Shown here: one piece after another, positions 39,583 to 50,898 of the stretch
How positions within the stretch are numbered: position 1 is the first letter of the stretch
Layout: every line of letters starts with the position of its first letter
Assembly (NCBI GenBank): GCA_963700285.1
Contig: CAVOXA010000010.1
Location: 64,001-128,000 of the forward strand
Direction of reading: 5' to 3'
DNA length: 64,000 nt
DNA from: an uncultured Chloroflexia bacterium
Lineage (GTDB): Bacteria; Chloroflexota; Anaerolineae; JAAYZQ01
The notes under the pieces: generated by a model
The model's input: the letters and a program-made list of their open reading frames with translations, nothing else
Told to the model about the DNA's origin: nothing
The model's database searches: none
Program-made: the position numbers and the translations under genes

Positions 39583-39936
39583 ATGAACGACAATCACTGT
39601 GCCGACACCTATGCTCACGGCGAACGCGTTCAAGCGGCCCTTGAGCATCTGGTGGAAGACGCGACCGCTATCCGCCTGGCCGAAACATTCAAGGCTCTGA
39701 GCGATCCGACCCGAGTGCGGATCGTCTCGCTGCTGGCAGGCGCTGAATTGTGTGTCTGCGATGTGGCGGTGGCTCTGAATATGAGCCAGTCAGCCGTATC
39801 GCATCAACTCCGAAGCCTGCGCGACCTAAGGCTGGTTCGCTGGCGGCGCGAAGGCCGGCAGGTTTTTTACACGCTGGACGACGACCACGTGGCTGACCTT
39901 TTCCAGCGCGGCCTGGACCACGTGGTACATGGCTGA
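39583..39936 (+). CDS. ArsR/SmtB-family metalloregulator
   Basis: FKALSDPTR.RI, ELCVCD, SQSAVSHQL, DDH...DH alpha-5 site. Confidence 0.92.
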   Translation: MNDNHCADTYAHGERVQAALEHLVEDATAIRLAETFKALSDPTRVRIVSLLAGAELCVCDVAVALNMSQSAVSHQLRSLRDLRLVRWRREGRQVFYTLDDDHVADLFQRGLDHVVHG

Positions 39937-39962
39937 GCCTCTCCATTCCATCCAGAAGCGGG

Positions 39963-42665
39963 TTGGGTGCCAGAATGGGACATGGGAGTACTACATTGAG
40001 CGACAAGATCAGGATCGAAATCTCCTGGCTGCTACCCCAGGGTAACGCCTGTGAGTCCTGCTGGCATAGATGGGAAGAAAGTGTCCGAGCCTACGGAGGC
40101 GTAGAACGGGTACACCTGGACCAGGAAGGCGAGACCCCCAGCTTTTGCATTCACTACGATCCAGGCCTGATCAGCCCGGATATTGTGCGGGCCATTGCTG
40201 TCGAGGAAGGCGCCCATTTGGACTGGCGCTATCGTCACGAGATCTTGTCCATCAGGGGGATGGACTGCGCCGATTGCGCGCGGACGCTGGAAGGTGGCGT
40301 TGGGCGCCTGGATGGCGTGTTGTGGGCCTCTGCCAACTTTGCCGCGTCTACCCTGGCTGTCGAGTACGATGCCGAGTGGACAGAACGCCCAGCCATCGTA
40401 TCCCGTATCCGCGCCCTGGGCTACGACCTTCAGGCACCTGCGCCCTCCCGTGAAATGGTTTATCAGGTCGAGGGTATGGACTGTGCTGACTGCGCTCTGA
40501 ATCTGGAAGAGGCGCTCAGACGCACATCTGGCGTGGCCCAAGTGACCGTGGACTTTACCCTGGCCCGGCTGCGCCTCACAGCCGACGATGGCATGGAAAT
40601 CGACTCGGCTGTCCACCAGGCTGCGGAAAGCATGGGCTACTCACTCCGGTCGCAGGATACCCGATATCCCGGCGGGACCAGCAGTGTTGAGGGCTGGCGA
40701 GAGCGGCTGTGGCGCAGGCGCCGCGATCTGACGACCGTGGGCTCTGCGCTGCTGATTGCCGCAGGCGTGATCCTGGGCTTGCTGGGAGCGCCTGAGGCGA
40801 TTGTAGCCGGCACGTACGTGGCAGCGATTCTCGTAGGTGGCTTCTATATTGCCCGGTCCGGATGGGCCGCGCTGCGGACGGCTCACTCCCTCGACATGAA
40901 CGCATTGATGACCATCGCCGCAGTAGGTGCGATTTTCGTCGGCGAGTGGGCCGAGGGCGCGGTGGCCATGTTCCTGTTCTCCCTGGGCAACTCCCTGGAA
41001 GGCTATACGATGGACCGTGCCCGGAATGCCATCCGGAGCCTGATGGAACTCTCACCCCGCCGGGCTACCCTGATCCACGGGGATCAGGAGGAAGAGGTAC
41101 CGGTCGATGATCTGGTCGTCGGTGATCGAATTTTGGTACGGCCCGGCGAGCAGATTCCAATGGACGGGGTGGTACTGACGGGCTCGTCGGCTGTGAACCA
41201 GGCCCCAATCACCGGCGAGAGTGTACCGGTGGAAAAGGGGACAGGTCAGGAAGTCTATGCCGGCACGGTCAACGGCCAGGGAGCGCTGACCGTGCGCGTG
41301 ACCCACCTGGCTGCTGACACGACCATCGCCCGCATTATCAAGATGGTGGAGGAGGCCCAAGCCCAGAAAGCCCCCTCGCAGCGTTTCGTCGACCGCTTTG
41401 CCCGGGTATACACGCCGGCGGTGATCGCGGTGGCGGCCAGTGTAGCGATAGTGCCGCCGTTATTCGGCTGGCTAACAGGTACGGGTACCTTTGCTGCCCT
41501 GTTTGGTGAGTGGTTCTACCGGGCCCTGGTGCTGCTGGTGATCGCCTGTCCCTGTGCCCTGGTCATTTCTACGCCGGTCACCATCGTGAGCGCTATCGCC
41601 AGCGCAGCTCGCTCCGGCGTGTTGATCAAAGGCGGCACCCATCTGGAAGCTCTGGGCTCACTAAAGGTGATGGCCTTCGACAAGACCGGTACCCTGACCG
41701 CCGGCCAGACGCAGGTGGTGGATGTCCGCTGTCTGGATCACCAGGCAGGATTGGTCTGGACAGAGTGCCCCGATTGCAGGCGCATGCTGGCCGACGCGGC
41801 GGCCGTCGAGCGCCGCTCGGAGCACCCGTTGGCCCGGGCTGTAGTGCAGACAGCCGAGGAGCAGGGCCTGGCCCATGCCTTGCCAGCAGCGGAGGAGGTG
41901 GAGGCCCTGACCGGGCGTGGCGTACGGGGCCGGGTGAATGGCCACAGCATCACAGTCGGCACTCATACCTTCATCCACGAGAGCGATCCGGATCTGGTTG
42001 AGGGCCCTCTGTGCGATGCTGTCCATGCCGCCCAGGACGCTGGCCAGACGGCGATGGTCGTCCGTGACGACTGCTGTGGCGTGCGCGGCTATATTGCTGT
42101 GGCCGATACGATGCGTCCAGGGGTGCCAGAGGTGATGGCCGCCCTGGCCAGAGTGGGCATCGAGCACACGGTTATGCTGACCGGCGACAACCAGGCCACG
42201 GCACAAGCCGTCGCCGCAGCCGCGGGGGTAGACGATGTGCAAGCTGAGTTGTTGCCCGAGCAAAAGGTGGCAGCCATCGAGGCTCTGTTGGAAGAGTATG
42301 GGGCCGTAGCCATGGTGGGTGATGGTGTCAACGATGCTCCCGCCCTGGCGCGAGCGACGGTGGGTATCGCCATGGGCGCCGCTGGCACCGACACCGCGCT
42401 GGAGACTGCTGACGTGGCCCTCATGGCCGACGATTTGGGCAAGCTACCCTTTGCCGTCAGACTTAGCCGGCGAGCGCGGGCCATCATCCTGCAGAATATC
42501 GCCCTATCGCTGGGCATCAAGGCCGTCTTTTTCGCCCTGGCCCTATCTGGAACGGCGACGCTGTGGATGGCTGTCTTTGCTGACGTGGGCGCATCGCTCA
42601 TCGTCACCCTCAATGGAATGCGGCTGCTACGACAGCAGGAAAAAGCCATGCCAGGGCAGAGCTAG
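39963..42665 (+). CDS. cadA: Heavy-metal (Zn/Cd/Pb) P1B-type ATPase
   Basis: Two GMDCADC HMA domains, TGES, CPC, DKTGT, SEHP, GDGVND. Start approximate. Confidence 0.92.
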   Translation: MGARMGHGSTTLSDKIRIEISWLLPQGNACESCWHRWEESVRAYGGVERVHLDQEGETPSFCIHYDPGLISPDIVRAIAVEEGAHLDWRYRHEILSIRGMDCADCARTLEGGVGRLDGVLWASANFAASTLAVEYDAEWTERPAIVSRIRALGYDLQAPAPSREMVYQVEGMDCADCALNLEEALRRTSGVAQVTVDFTLARLRLTADDGMEIDSAVHQAAESMGYSLRSQDTRYPGGTSSVEGWRERLWRRRRDLTTVGSALLIAAGVILGLLGAPEAIVAGTYVAAILVGGFYIARSGWAALRTAHSLDMNALMTIAAVGAIFVGEWAEGAVAMFLFSLGNSLEGYTMDRARNAIRSLMELSPRRATLIHGDQEEEVPVDDLVVGDRILVRPGEQIPMDGVVLTGSSAVNQAPITGESVPVEKGTGQEVYAGTVNGQGALTVRVTHLAADTTIARIIKMVEEAQAQKAPSQRFVDRFARVYTPAVIAVAASVAIVPPLFGWLTGTGTFAALFGEWFYRALVLLVIACPCALVISTPVTIVSAIASAARSGVLIKGGTHLEALGSLKVMAFDKTGTLTAGQTQVVDVRCLDHQAGLVWTECPDCRRMLADAAAVERRSEHPLARAVVQTAEEQGLAHALPAAEEVEALTGRGVRGRVNGHSITVGTHTFIHESDPDLVEGPLCDAVHAAQDAGQTAMVVRDDCCGVRGYIAVADTMRPGVPEVMAALARVGIEHTVMLTGDNQATAQAVAAAAGVDDVQAELLPEQKVAAIEALLEEYGAVAMVGDGVNDAPALARATVGIAMGAAGTDTALETADVALMADDLGKLPFAVRLSRRARAIILQNIALSLGIKAVFFALALSGTATLWMAVFADVGASLIVTLNGMRLLRQQEKAMPGQS

Positions 42666-44032
42666 TCAGTTTTCGATACTGTCCCCCGTCGCCCGTGACA
42701 TTGCTTGAACTTTCTGCCGCTCCCACAAGGGCAAGGATCGTTGGGCTTTGCGTCAGAAAATGCCTGTGCCCGCTCAAGATCCCGGGATCTGTACCACTGC
42801 ATGATCTCTGATGGTGCCCGATTCTCCCGCAGCAGGCCGGTCATGATGCGCATCGGCTGATCGACGTGGTGAAAGAACAACTTGTAGCCAGCACACAGGT
42901 AATTCAGCCCCGGTTCGCCATCCGGTGTCTTGATAAACCGGTTGCGCGGACAGCCCCCGTGACATGCAAAGCGCACATCACATTCAAGGCAATACTTGGG
43001 CAGCGTGTCTCGCTTGTCCGCCCCGAATTTCCGCTGCTGGTCTGAGGCCACCAGATCGATCATGTGCGTTTCCTGGATATTGCCAAGCAGGTAATCCGGT
43101 TCCACAAAGTGATCGCAGGAATAGAGGTCGCCGTTGTGCTCCAGGGCCATGGCATTGCCACAGGTGGGTGCAAAGATACACAGAGAGTGCTGCCCCACGT
43201 GGCTGCCAAGCGTGACGTCAAAGATCTGAACATAGACCTTGGCCACGTCCCGTCGCACCCATTCTTCAAAGATACCGATCATAAAGCTGCCGTACTGCTT
43301 GGGCTTGACCGAGCGGTGGGTGACCATGAAGCCGTCCTGCGTGTAAAGGGGACGATCGCCCCCCGGCCTCTCACTCCACCCCTGGTTGGCCTGCGGTAGC
43401 ATGTCCGCTGTTGCCCGTTCGATGATGGGTATGAACTGGACAAACTCGGCCTGCAACTCATCCCGGAAAAAACGATAGACCTCTACGGGGTAGTCAGCGT
43501 TGGCCGCATGCACCGTGCACAGAATATTGAAATCCACCTCGTGCTTGCGAAGGATCTCCCAGCCGCGCATCACCTGATCAAAGCTGCCCTTCCCGCCCTT
43601 GTTGACCCGGTAAGCATTGTGCAGCGCTCGAGGCCCATCCACACTGAGGCCAACGAGAAAGTTATGCTCCTTAAGAAAGGCACCCCATTCATCGTCCAGT
43701 AGGGTACCGTTGGTCTGCATGGAATAGCTGACGCTCTGCCCTGGTTTCTTGTACTGCTCTACAAGGGCCACCGATCGCTTGAAGAACTCCCGGCCCATCA
43801 GCGTTGGCTCCCCGCCCTGCCAGGCCACAGTGACCTCTGGTACACGGTGCGATTCGAGCAACTGTTTGATGTAGGTCTCCAGCAACTCGTCCGCCATGCG
43901 GAAGCGGCTGCCGGGGTAAAGCATCTCCTTGGATAGAAAGAAACAGTATTGACAATCAAGATTGCACACGGCCCCCGTAGGTTTGACCAGAAGGTGGAAT
44001 CCAGGAGGCGCGTACTGGGGAATGCTATCCAT
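42662..44032 (-). CDS. Anaerobic sulfatase maturase (radical SAM/SPASM) with C-terminal SEC-C motif
   Basis: KPTGAVCNLDCQYC, WQGGEPTL, YSCDHFV, NDPCPCGSGRKFKQCHG. Confidence 0.92.
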   Translation of the reverse strand: MDSIPQYAPPGFHLLVKPTGAVCNLDCQYCFFLSKEMLYPGSRFRMADELLETYIKQLLESHRVPEVTVAWQGGEPTLMGREFFKRSVALVEQYKKPGQSVSYSMQTNGTLLDDEWGAFLKEHNFLVGLSVDGPRALHNAYRVNKGGKGSFDQVMRGWEILRKHEVDFNILCTVHAANADYPVEVYRFFRDELQAEFVQFIPIIERATADMLPQANQGWSERPGGDRPLYTQDGFMVTHRSVKPKQYGSFMIGIFEEWVRRDVAKVYVQIFDVTLGSHVGQHSLCIFAPTCGNAMALEHNGDLYSCDHFVEPDYLLGNIQETHMIDLVASDQQRKFGADKRDTLPKYCLECDVRFACHGGCPRNRFIKTPDGEPGLNYLCAGYKLFFHHVDQPMRIMTGLLRENRAPSEIMQWYRSRDLERAQAFSDAKPNDPCPCGSGRKFKQCHGRRGTVSKTD

Positions 44033-44079
44033 GTTTGCCTTTCTAGCTGTTACCAACGCCCATATGATCTTGGTTTGCC

Positions 44080-44979
44080 CTAAATGGCCACCGCTGGCGC
44101 GTCCATACCCATTCTCTGATGGGCGCGGGCCATGTACGGTGTGTTATAGTGCCAGCCAGGCTGCCCGTCGGGTGTCAGCAGGATGATACCCCCCACGCCG
44201 TTTACCCTGCTGGCCAGCCTCAGGATAGCAGTCCTGGCAGCGGCATGCGGGTCGCCCAGCTCCTGCAAGTGATGCAGGGCCAGCCGGGCCAGAAGGACCT
44301 TGGCGATGGCCTCACCCCAGCCGGTACTGGAGGCGCCGCCCAACTCATCGTCGGCGTAGAAGCCACAACCCACCATCGGCACGTCCCCTACCCGGCCAGG
44401 CATCTTGTTGGGCGTTCCTCCGGTCGAAGTGCCGGCCGCAACATGCCCATCCATGTCCAGGGCCACGCAGCCCACCGTGTCCGCAGGACGGGAAAAGGCC
44501 TGCCGCGCTGAATAAGTATGGTCGAACAGCAGTCGCTGCCACCGTTCAAACTCGCGGGGCACGGCCAGGTCGGTCAGGTCACAGGTGGGGAAACCCATCT
44601 TGTGGGCAAAGCGCTGGGCGCCCTGTCCGATCAAGAACACATGCTCGCTCTTTTCCATCACGGTTCGCGCCAGCCGGATGGGATTGCCGATGAACTGCAC
44701 GCCAGCTACGGCGCCGACTTGCAGATCAGTACCATCCATAAACCCTGCGTCAAGCTCTACCTGGCCGTCAGCGTTGAGGAACGAGCCCCGCCCAGCGTCA
44801 AAGGTCTCGTCATCCTCCATGACCACGATGGCCGCCTCAACAGCGTCCAAGGCCGATCCACCTCGGATCAATACCTCCCAGCCAGCCTCGGCGGCTAGCC
44901 GGGTACCGTCCTGGTGAGCCTTGTGCAGATCTTGTGGAATATCCCAGGCTCCTCCGTGGACAATGATAGATGGCTCCAT
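44080..44979 (-). CDS. Isoaspartyl peptidase / L-asparaginase (Ntn hydrolase)
   Basis: VHGGA, DTVG nucleophile, STGG, GRVGD. Confidence 0.92.
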   Translation of the reverse strand: MEPSIIVHGGAWDIPQDLHKAHQDGTRLAAEAGWEVLIRGGSALDAVEAAIVVMEDDETFDAGRGSFLNADGQVELDAGFMDGTDLQVGAVAGVQFIGNPIRLARTVMEKSEHVFLIGQGAQRFAHKMGFPTCDLTDLAVPREFERWQRLLFDHTYSARQAFSRPADTVGCVALDMDGHVAAGTSTGGTPNKMPGRVGDVPMVGCGFYADDELGGASSTGWGEAIAKVLLARLALHHLQELGDPHAAARTAILRLASRVNGVGGIILLTPDGQPGWHYNTPYMARAHQRMGMDAPAVAI

Positions 44980-44994
44980 TCCAATCCCCCAAAA

Positions 44995-45705
44995 TCAATC
45001 AGGCAGTGGCAGCCCGGGCTGTTTGTGACGCTGTAACCCCAGGACCAGGGAACGGACATCACTGGACAGCCGGAATGCAAGCCCCTTGGGTACGACGGCC
45101 AGTTCCCCGCTCTCGAGGTCGTACTGCCCGTGTTCCGTCTCCAGAATCAGCTTCCCATCCTGGCAGAAGACCAGGCTATCTTGAAGGTCTGTCTGCTGCC
45201 AGGGTCCGGTCCCCTCGTAGAAAGCCAGGTGGACGGAAAAGGTGTCCAGATTAGCCAAGACCACTGGCCTGAAAGGAACGACGATTTGGCGCCCCATGGC
45301 CGGCACGCTGACCTTCTCCAGGTTCCTCCCTTCCTTCAGGGAAAAAATCCGACGATCGCCATTGCGACGATTGACCATCAGCCGCGGCTGGAGGAGGAGG
45401 ACTTGTGAATGCAAAAGGGACGAAGAGCGGTGCCCCACTCCTTTGGGCGCCACGGCCAAATCACCAGGCCGCAGGATCGTGGTTCCCCAGTCGCTCTCGA
45501 GGCTGATGGTACCGCTGTAAACCAAAAAGAGTTCATCCTGGTCCAGGTGGCGATGGCGGGGCAGCGTTCCCGCGCACAGAAACACGCTCAAGACCAGGTC
45601 ATCGATCGACGCCAGGTCGATCATGGTGAACGGTTCTGTCAAACGGCCAGCGTGGTCGGCAACGCTGATGACCTCGAGTTCTTGGGGTTCTGCCACGGTT
45701 TTCAT
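44995..45705 (-). CDS. Bicupin domain protein
   Basis: H.H..QDELF.V..G...L.PGD...PKG..H cupin motif repeated, second copy degenerate. Confidence 0.75.
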   Translation of the reverse strand: MKTVAEPQELEVISVADHAGRLTEPFTMIDLASIDDLVLSVFLCAGTLPRHRHLDQDELFLVYSGTISLESDWGTTILRPGDLAVAPKGVGHRSSSLLHSQVLLLQPRLMVNRRNGDRRIFSLKEGRNLEKVSVPAMGRQIVVPFRPVVLANLDTFSVHLAFYEGTGPWQQTDLQDSLVFCQDGKLILETEHGQYDLESGELAVVPKGLAFRLSSDVRSLVLGLQRHKQPGLPLPD

Positions 45706-46265
45706 CCCAGTCGTGCAGGTGTTATGTCCTGCTGAGCCTGGTATTTCCCCTGCTTGTCGGCATAGGATATCTCACAGGCCTCGTCACTTTCGAAAAAAAG
45801 TACCTGAGCGATCCCCTCGCAAGCATACAGGCGTACCGGCCTGGACCCAACGTTAGCGATACACAGGGTTGCGTTGCCCTCCCAGCCAGGCTCAAAGGGG
45901 GTAACGTTGACCATGACACCACAGCGAGCATAACTGCTCTTGCCCGTGCACAGGGTCAAGACATTCGATGGGATACGGAAATACTCAATCGTCCGGCCCA
46001 GGACAAAGCTCTGGGGTGCCAGCTCAAACACGTTGGTGCGCGTATCGACAAAAGCAGCGGCAGACATTGCCTTGGGGTCTACCAGACCCTGGCCCGCCCC
46101 GCCAGCAACCAGTACTTTGAACTCATCCGCCAGGCGGACGTCATAGCCATAGGACGACAGGCCATAAGAGATGACGGTTCCCCCTACCTGTGCCGGCTCA
46201 AAGGGTTCAATCATGCCCTGTTCCAGGGCCATACACCGGATCCACCGATCAGATTTGATACTCAC
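45702..46265 (-). CDS. dcd: dCTP deaminase
   Basis: [31 protein letters not shown]. Confidence 0.93.
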   Translation of the reverse strand: MSIKSDRWIRCMALEQGMIEPFEPAQVGGTVISYGLSSYGYDVRLADEFKVLVAGGAGQGLVDPKAMSAAAFVDTRTNVFELAPQSFVLGRTIEYFRIPSNVLTLCTGKSSYARCGVMVNVTPFEPGWEGNATLCIANVGSRPVRLYACEGIAQVLFFESDEACEISYADKQGKYQAQQDITPARLG

Positions 46266-46423
46266 ACGCGCCTCTCAACTACTCCGGTGGTTGCCCACAA
46301 ATAAGGTCACAGTTACATGAGCCGTTTGGACTCGCCCCTCGACAAGCTGCGGGTGCCGCTGCACGGTTGCAAGCCGCCCGCATTATACTCGATAAACCCA
46401 AAAGAGACAAAGGTGCAATCTCG

Positions 46424-47266
46424 TCATTGGGCACCTTCAAGGACCAGATTGTCTATCAGGCGGGTCTGGCCAACGAATGCAGCCAGGGACAACAATGCGT
46501 TGCCAGTGATGGTTTCCAGCTCCTGGAGCGTGTCAGGATGGGCGCAGGAAACGTACTGCAGGCGAACCCTGGGCTCGTCTGCGATGGTTTCGGCCACGAT
46601 CTTTCGCAATCTTTCGGCGCTCCGTTCCCCAGACTCAAAGGCTGTCCCGGCTGCCACCAGTGCACGGTACAGCACAGGCGCCGCTTCGCGCTGCTTGGAA
46701 TCCAAAAAGGCGTTTCGGCTGGACAGCGCCAGGCCATCCAGATCACGCACGATGGGACACACGATGACGTCCAATGGGAAATCCAGATCGCGCGCCATCT
46801 GCCGTACGACCGCAACCTGCTGGGCATCCTTCTGACCAAAGTAGGCGCTCTGGGGTCGGACAGCGTTGAACAACTTGGCCACCACTGTCGCCACGCCTCG
46901 GAAATGGCCAGGACGCATTGCACCCTCCAGCAGCCGCGCCACCTCCTCCACTGTGACCCACGTTTGAAAACCGCTCGGGTACATCACTTCGGGGCTAGGC
47001 ATCCAGACCAGGTCTATGTTTTCCGCTTTCAGCAGGTATAGATCCCGGGCCAGGTCGCGGGGATAGGAGGACAGGTCTTCGTCGGGCCCGAACTGAGAAG
47101 GGTTCACAAAGATGCTGACCGCTACGCTGGCACATTCGGCCCGAGCACGCCGTACCAGCGACAGGTGACCTTCGTGCAGAGAGCCCATGGTGGGGACCAG
47201 GCCCACCGGTTCGGCAAGGGTTGCCCGAGCGCTGCGCACCTCGAAAAGGGTGATGGCGGTTTGCAC
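46424..47266 (-). CDS. panC: Pantoate--beta-alanine ligase
   Basis: VPTMG.LHEGH, SIFVNP.QF, RPGHF.GV, FGQKD, GLALSSRN, RLIDN. Confidence 0.95.
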   Translation of the reverse strand: MQTAITLFEVRSARATLAEPVGLVPTMGSLHEGHLSLVRRARAECASVAVSIFVNPSQFGPDEDLSSYPRDLARDLYLLKAENIDLVWMPSPEVMYPSGFQTWVTVEEVARLLEGAMRPGHFRGVATVVAKLFNAVRPQSAYFGQKDAQQVAVVRQMARDLDFPLDVIVCPIVRDLDGLALSSRNAFLDSKQREAAPVLYRALVAAGTAFESGERSAERLRKIVAETIADEPRVRLQYVSCAHPDTLQELETITGNALLSLAAFVGQTRLIDNLVLEGAQ

Positions 47267-47268
47267 GT

Positions 47269-48180
47269 TCAACGCTCCGGATGCGCGAGGGCCTTGACCA
47301 ACAACCACAGCGCTCGATTCACCGGGACAGGAACGCCACAGGCTTTGCCCGCGGCGACAATGGCCCCGCAGATGGCATCGATCTCGGTGGGGGCGCCACG
47401 CAGCACGTCCTGAAGCATAGAAGAGGTATTGCGGGTGGTCTGACTAGCTACTGCCTCTGCGGCAGCGACGGGATCCGAGTAACTCAATCTCTGGCCGCAC
47501 GCGGAAGCAACGGCTGCGGCCTCACCAGCGGCGGAGGCCAGTAGTGTCCTGGCATCGGGGCGGAGCAGCAGCTCGCCATTGGGTACACGCAGCAGGGCGG
47601 TGAGTGGATTGATCGCAGCGTTGATGACCAGCTTGCTCCACAGCAGCCGGTCAACGTCTGGTACGAGTTCCACCGCAAAGCCAGCCTCTTCCAGTAGTTT
47701 CGCCAAAGGCGCCAGCCGAGGGTGTACGCCAAGCGAGACGGTCCCGATCCCACCAGGGCGCACCTGTCCTGGTCCCACAAGCGTAGCCCCATACGTGGTC
47801 ACACCCAGGGCCACACGCGGCGCCCCCAGGAACTCTACAAGTCTCTCGCGGTTGCCCAACCCATTTTGCAGGGTCAACGCCAGACCTTCCGGCGACAAGC
47901 AGGCAGCCAGTTGCCGGGCAGCGCGCTCTGTCTGCCAGGACTTGACCAATACCAGGGCAAGGCGAGATGCGAGGCAATCGGCCGGATCAGCAGTGACCTG
48001 TACGGAATACGCGTAGTCGGAACCATCAGATTCGACCAGGCGAACGCCCTGGGAGCGCAACGCATCCAGACCCTCTGGCCAGGTACCCAGGAGCGTTACC
48101 CCCACGCCTGTTTCTGCCAGCCGTGCCGCAAAAAGGCAAGCCAGCGCCCCTGTCCCAACAATGAGAACAGAAGCTGTCAT
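47269..48180 (-). CDS. panE: 2-dehydropantoate 2-reductase
   Basis: G.GAL, VKS, LQNGLG, W.KL.IN..IN, SSMLQD, TEID. Confidence 0.92.
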   Translation of the reverse strand: MTASVLIVGTGALACLFAARLAETGVGVTLLGTWPEGLDALRSQGVRLVESDGSDYAYSVQVTADPADCLASRLALVLVKSWQTERAARQLAACLSPEGLALTLQNGLGNRERLVEFLGAPRVALGVTTYGATLVGPGQVRPGGIGTVSLGVHPRLAPLAKLLEEAGFAVELVPDVDRLLWSKLVINAAINPLTALLRVPNGELLLRPDARTLLASAAGEAAAVASACGQRLSYSDPVAAAEAVASQTTRNTSSMLQDVLRGAPTEIDAICGAIVAAGKACGVPVPVNRALWLLVKALAHPER

Positions 48181-48214
48181 CTGCTCACCGGGTATGATGG
48201 AGGGGGAGAGGCCA

Positions 48215-49095
48215 TCATGGATCAGATCCCTCCATCTCCTCTAGAAACGCATCCCACTCGCCGTCCGGCATGTCCACGGTATGCTCGGGCCCAGGGAAGA
48301 CCCTCCCTTCGACATCCTCTCGGAAGGCGGCAAGGGCGCGCGCCATCTCTGCATAAAGATCTGCGTACTTTTTGACGAATTTTGGCGTGAAACGATCAAA
48401 GAAACCAAGCAAGTCGTGGGTAACCAGTACCTGGCCATCGCACCCCAACCCAGCCCCAATGCCAATGGTGGGGATCTCTAACCGCTGGGATACAACAGTG
48501 GCCAGTCGGGCAGGGATAGACTCGAGCACCAAGCTGAAACAGCCGGCCTCTTGCAGCAACAGCGCGTCATCCAACAGGCGGCGGGCAGCCAGTGCCGTAC
48601 GCCCCTGGGAGCGGAAGCCACCCAATTGCTGCACGCTTTGGGGGGTGAGGCCCAGGTGACCCATGACCGGGATCCCGGCAGCGACGATGGCGCGGATGGC
48701 ATCCGCGCGCTCCGCCCTCCTTCCAACTTGACGGCATCCATGCCAGCTTCCTGCAGAAAGCGCCCTGCATTGAGCACGGCCTGCTCCACCGAAACCTGAT
48801 AGGACATGAAGGGCATATCGCCGACCAACAAGGCGTAACGCGCCCCCCGTGCTACCGCGCGACAGTGGTGCAACATATCCGACATCGTAACTGGCAACGT
48901 GTTCTCATAGCCCAGTACCACCATCCCCAACGAATCTCCGACCAGGATCGAATCAATACCAGCCTGATCTGTGGCCAGGGCTGTAGGATAGTCATAGGCG
49001 GTCAGCATGGTAATGACCTCGCCACGCCCTTTCTTCTGTAGCAAAGTGTGCGTGGTGATCTTTTTTCGGCGCGATGAGGACAGAATCGTAGACAT
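48215..49095 (-). CDS. panB: 3-methyl-2-oxobutanoate hydroxymethyltransferase, frameshifted (-1 base near 48712)
   Basis: MLTAYD, LVGDSLG, DMPF, VKLEGG in one frame; [22 protein letters not shown] in the other. Confidence 0.9.
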
Positions 49096-49211
49096 AGCTG
49101 GCACCTCGGTCCGGATATCTGCAAACAGAACGACACCTTGCATTATAACGCACAACGGGCATCCTGTCCACTAGCCCGAAGGATACCCGTTGAGAATGAC
49201 AAATCTTTGCC

Positions 49212-50249
49212 TTAACCCCTCAGTCGATGAACCTCCTTGACCTGCGCGATGACGTCGTCCACAGGCCGTTCGTTGAATGGCGATGGACCCAAAGGGTCCG
49301 CCAGTTGCCAGCCAGCGTCGCCCAGAAGCACAGCAAAGGTGTTCAGGACCGAGTAGGCCAGCGCCTCCAGGTGATAACCCCCTTCCAGGGTCCAAACCAG
49401 CCGCCCTTCGCACAACTCTTCGGCAAGCTCCACCAGGGCCCGGGCGATGGCCGCATATCCAGCAACAGAAAGATACATATAGGCCAGGGGATCATCCCAG
49501 TGGGCATCGTAGCCAGCCGAGACGAGAATGAGCTGGGGTTGGAATCGCCAGGCGGCCGGGCCCACCACTTCCCGAAAGATCTGCGCAAAGCCCTCGTCCC
49601 CGACACCGCCACCCAGGGGCACGTTGACGATGCCGCCTGCGCCGTCGCCGCGTCCTATCTCGCGCAGATTTCCTGTGCCGGGGTAGTAAGGATATTGGTG
49701 CGTTGAGATGAACATCACGGCCGGATCACGCTCGAACGCATCCTGGGTACCGTTGCCGTGGTGGACATCGAAATCCACGATGAGCACCCGGTCCAGGCCG
49801 CGCTCGGCCAGCGCATAGCGAGCGGCAATGGCCACGTTGTTGAACAGACAAAAGCCCATTCCCCTATCACGGAGGGCATGGTGCCCAGGAGGGCGAACCA
49901 GGGCAAAGGCGTTGGCAAGCTGGCCATCGAGCACGGCCTTTGTCGCCTCCACCAAGCCACCAGCAGCCATCAGCGCCGCATCGTAGGAGGCCGGTCGCAC
50001 GTAGGTGTCCGCATCCAGATGACCACCACCTTGTCGGGCCACACGCTGCACCTGGTCTACGTAGCGACCCGAGTGTACCCGCTCCAGCCGCTCGGGAGCG
50101 ATGGGCGCCGCGGGAACAGGTACCAGCCGGTCCAGCATGCCATTTTCTTCTAACACCCTCAGGATGGTCGTGAGCCGCTGCTGGTTCTCCGGGTGACCAC
50201 GCAGGTCGTGTTCCAGGTAGATAGGATCGTATACGTAGCCGGTTGTCAT
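49212..50249 (-). CDS. Histone deacetylase family protein (class II-like)
   Basis: HPE, RPPGHHA, GFC.FNN, DFDVHHGNGT, SAGYDAH, LEGGY. Confidence 0.92.
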   Translation of the reverse strand: MTTGYVYDPIYLEHDLRGHPENQQRLTTILRVLEENGMLDRLVPVPAAPIAPERLERVHSGRYVDQVQRVARQGGGHLDADTYVRPASYDAALMAAGGLVEATKAVLDGQLANAFALVRPPGHHALRDRGMGFCLFNNVAIAARYALAERGLDRVLIVDFDVHHGNGTQDAFERDPAVMFISTHQYPYYPGTGNLREIGRGDGAGGIVNVPLGGGVGDEGFAQIFREVVGPAAWRFQPQLILVSAGYDAHWDDPLAYMYLSVAGYAAIARALVELAEELCEGRLVWTLEGGYHLEALAYSVLNTFAVLLGDAGWQLADPLGPSPFNERPVDDVIAQVKEVHRLRG

Positions 50250-50266
50250 AGATCGGTTCTCTCTGT

Positions 50267-50869
50267 CTACATCTCGCGCCGGCCCTCAAGGGCCCGGCCG
50301 AGAGTCACGGCATCGGCATATTCCAGATCGCCGCCTACGGGCAGCCCTCGCGCCAGCCGGGTAAGCCGCGCCCCCAGAGGTTCAAGCACGCGCGCCAGGT
50401 ACATGGCAGTCGCCTCCCCTTCAAGATTGGGATTGGTCGCTAACAAGACCTCCTGTACCGGTTCGTTACTCAGGCGGGCAACGAGTTCGTTGATCCGCAG
50501 TTCATCAGGACCGATGCCCTCCACCGGCGAGATGGCGCCGTGGAGAACGTGGTACAGCCCCCGGTACTCGCCAGTGCGGTCGATGGCCAGCACATCGAGC
50601 GGCTCTTCCACCACACAGATGATCGAACGATCGCGCCCTTGGTCCTGACAGATGCGGCAGGGATTCTCCACTGTGATATTAAAGCACACACGACAGAAAG
50701 TGGTCTTCTTCTTCAGGTCAACCAGCGCAGCGGCCAGGAGTTCGGCCTGTTCCGCCGGGCGACGGAGCAGGTAAAAAGTCAGCCGTGATGCAGATTTAGG
50801 ACCAATACCTGGCAACTGGGCAAAGGCTTCTATCAGCCGGCTTATCGGTTCAGGTATTGCCGCAGACAT
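50267..50869 (-). CDS. recR: Recombination mediator RecR
   Basis: LPGIG.KSA.R, C4 zinc finger, TOPRIM YHVL.G, EGEATA. Confidence 0.96.
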   Translation of the reverse strand: MSAAIPEPISRLIEAFAQLPGIGPKSASRLTFYLLRRPAEQAELLAAALVDLKKKTTFCRVCFNITVENPCRICQDQGRDRSIICVVEEPLDVLAIDRTGEYRGLYHVLHGAISPVEGIGPDELRINELVARLSNEPVQEVLLATNPNLEGEATAMYLARVLEPLGARLTRLARGLPVGGDLEYADAVTLGRALEGRREM

Positions 50870-50898
50870 AGATTTGCACTCCTTGGGCCAGCGATCGG

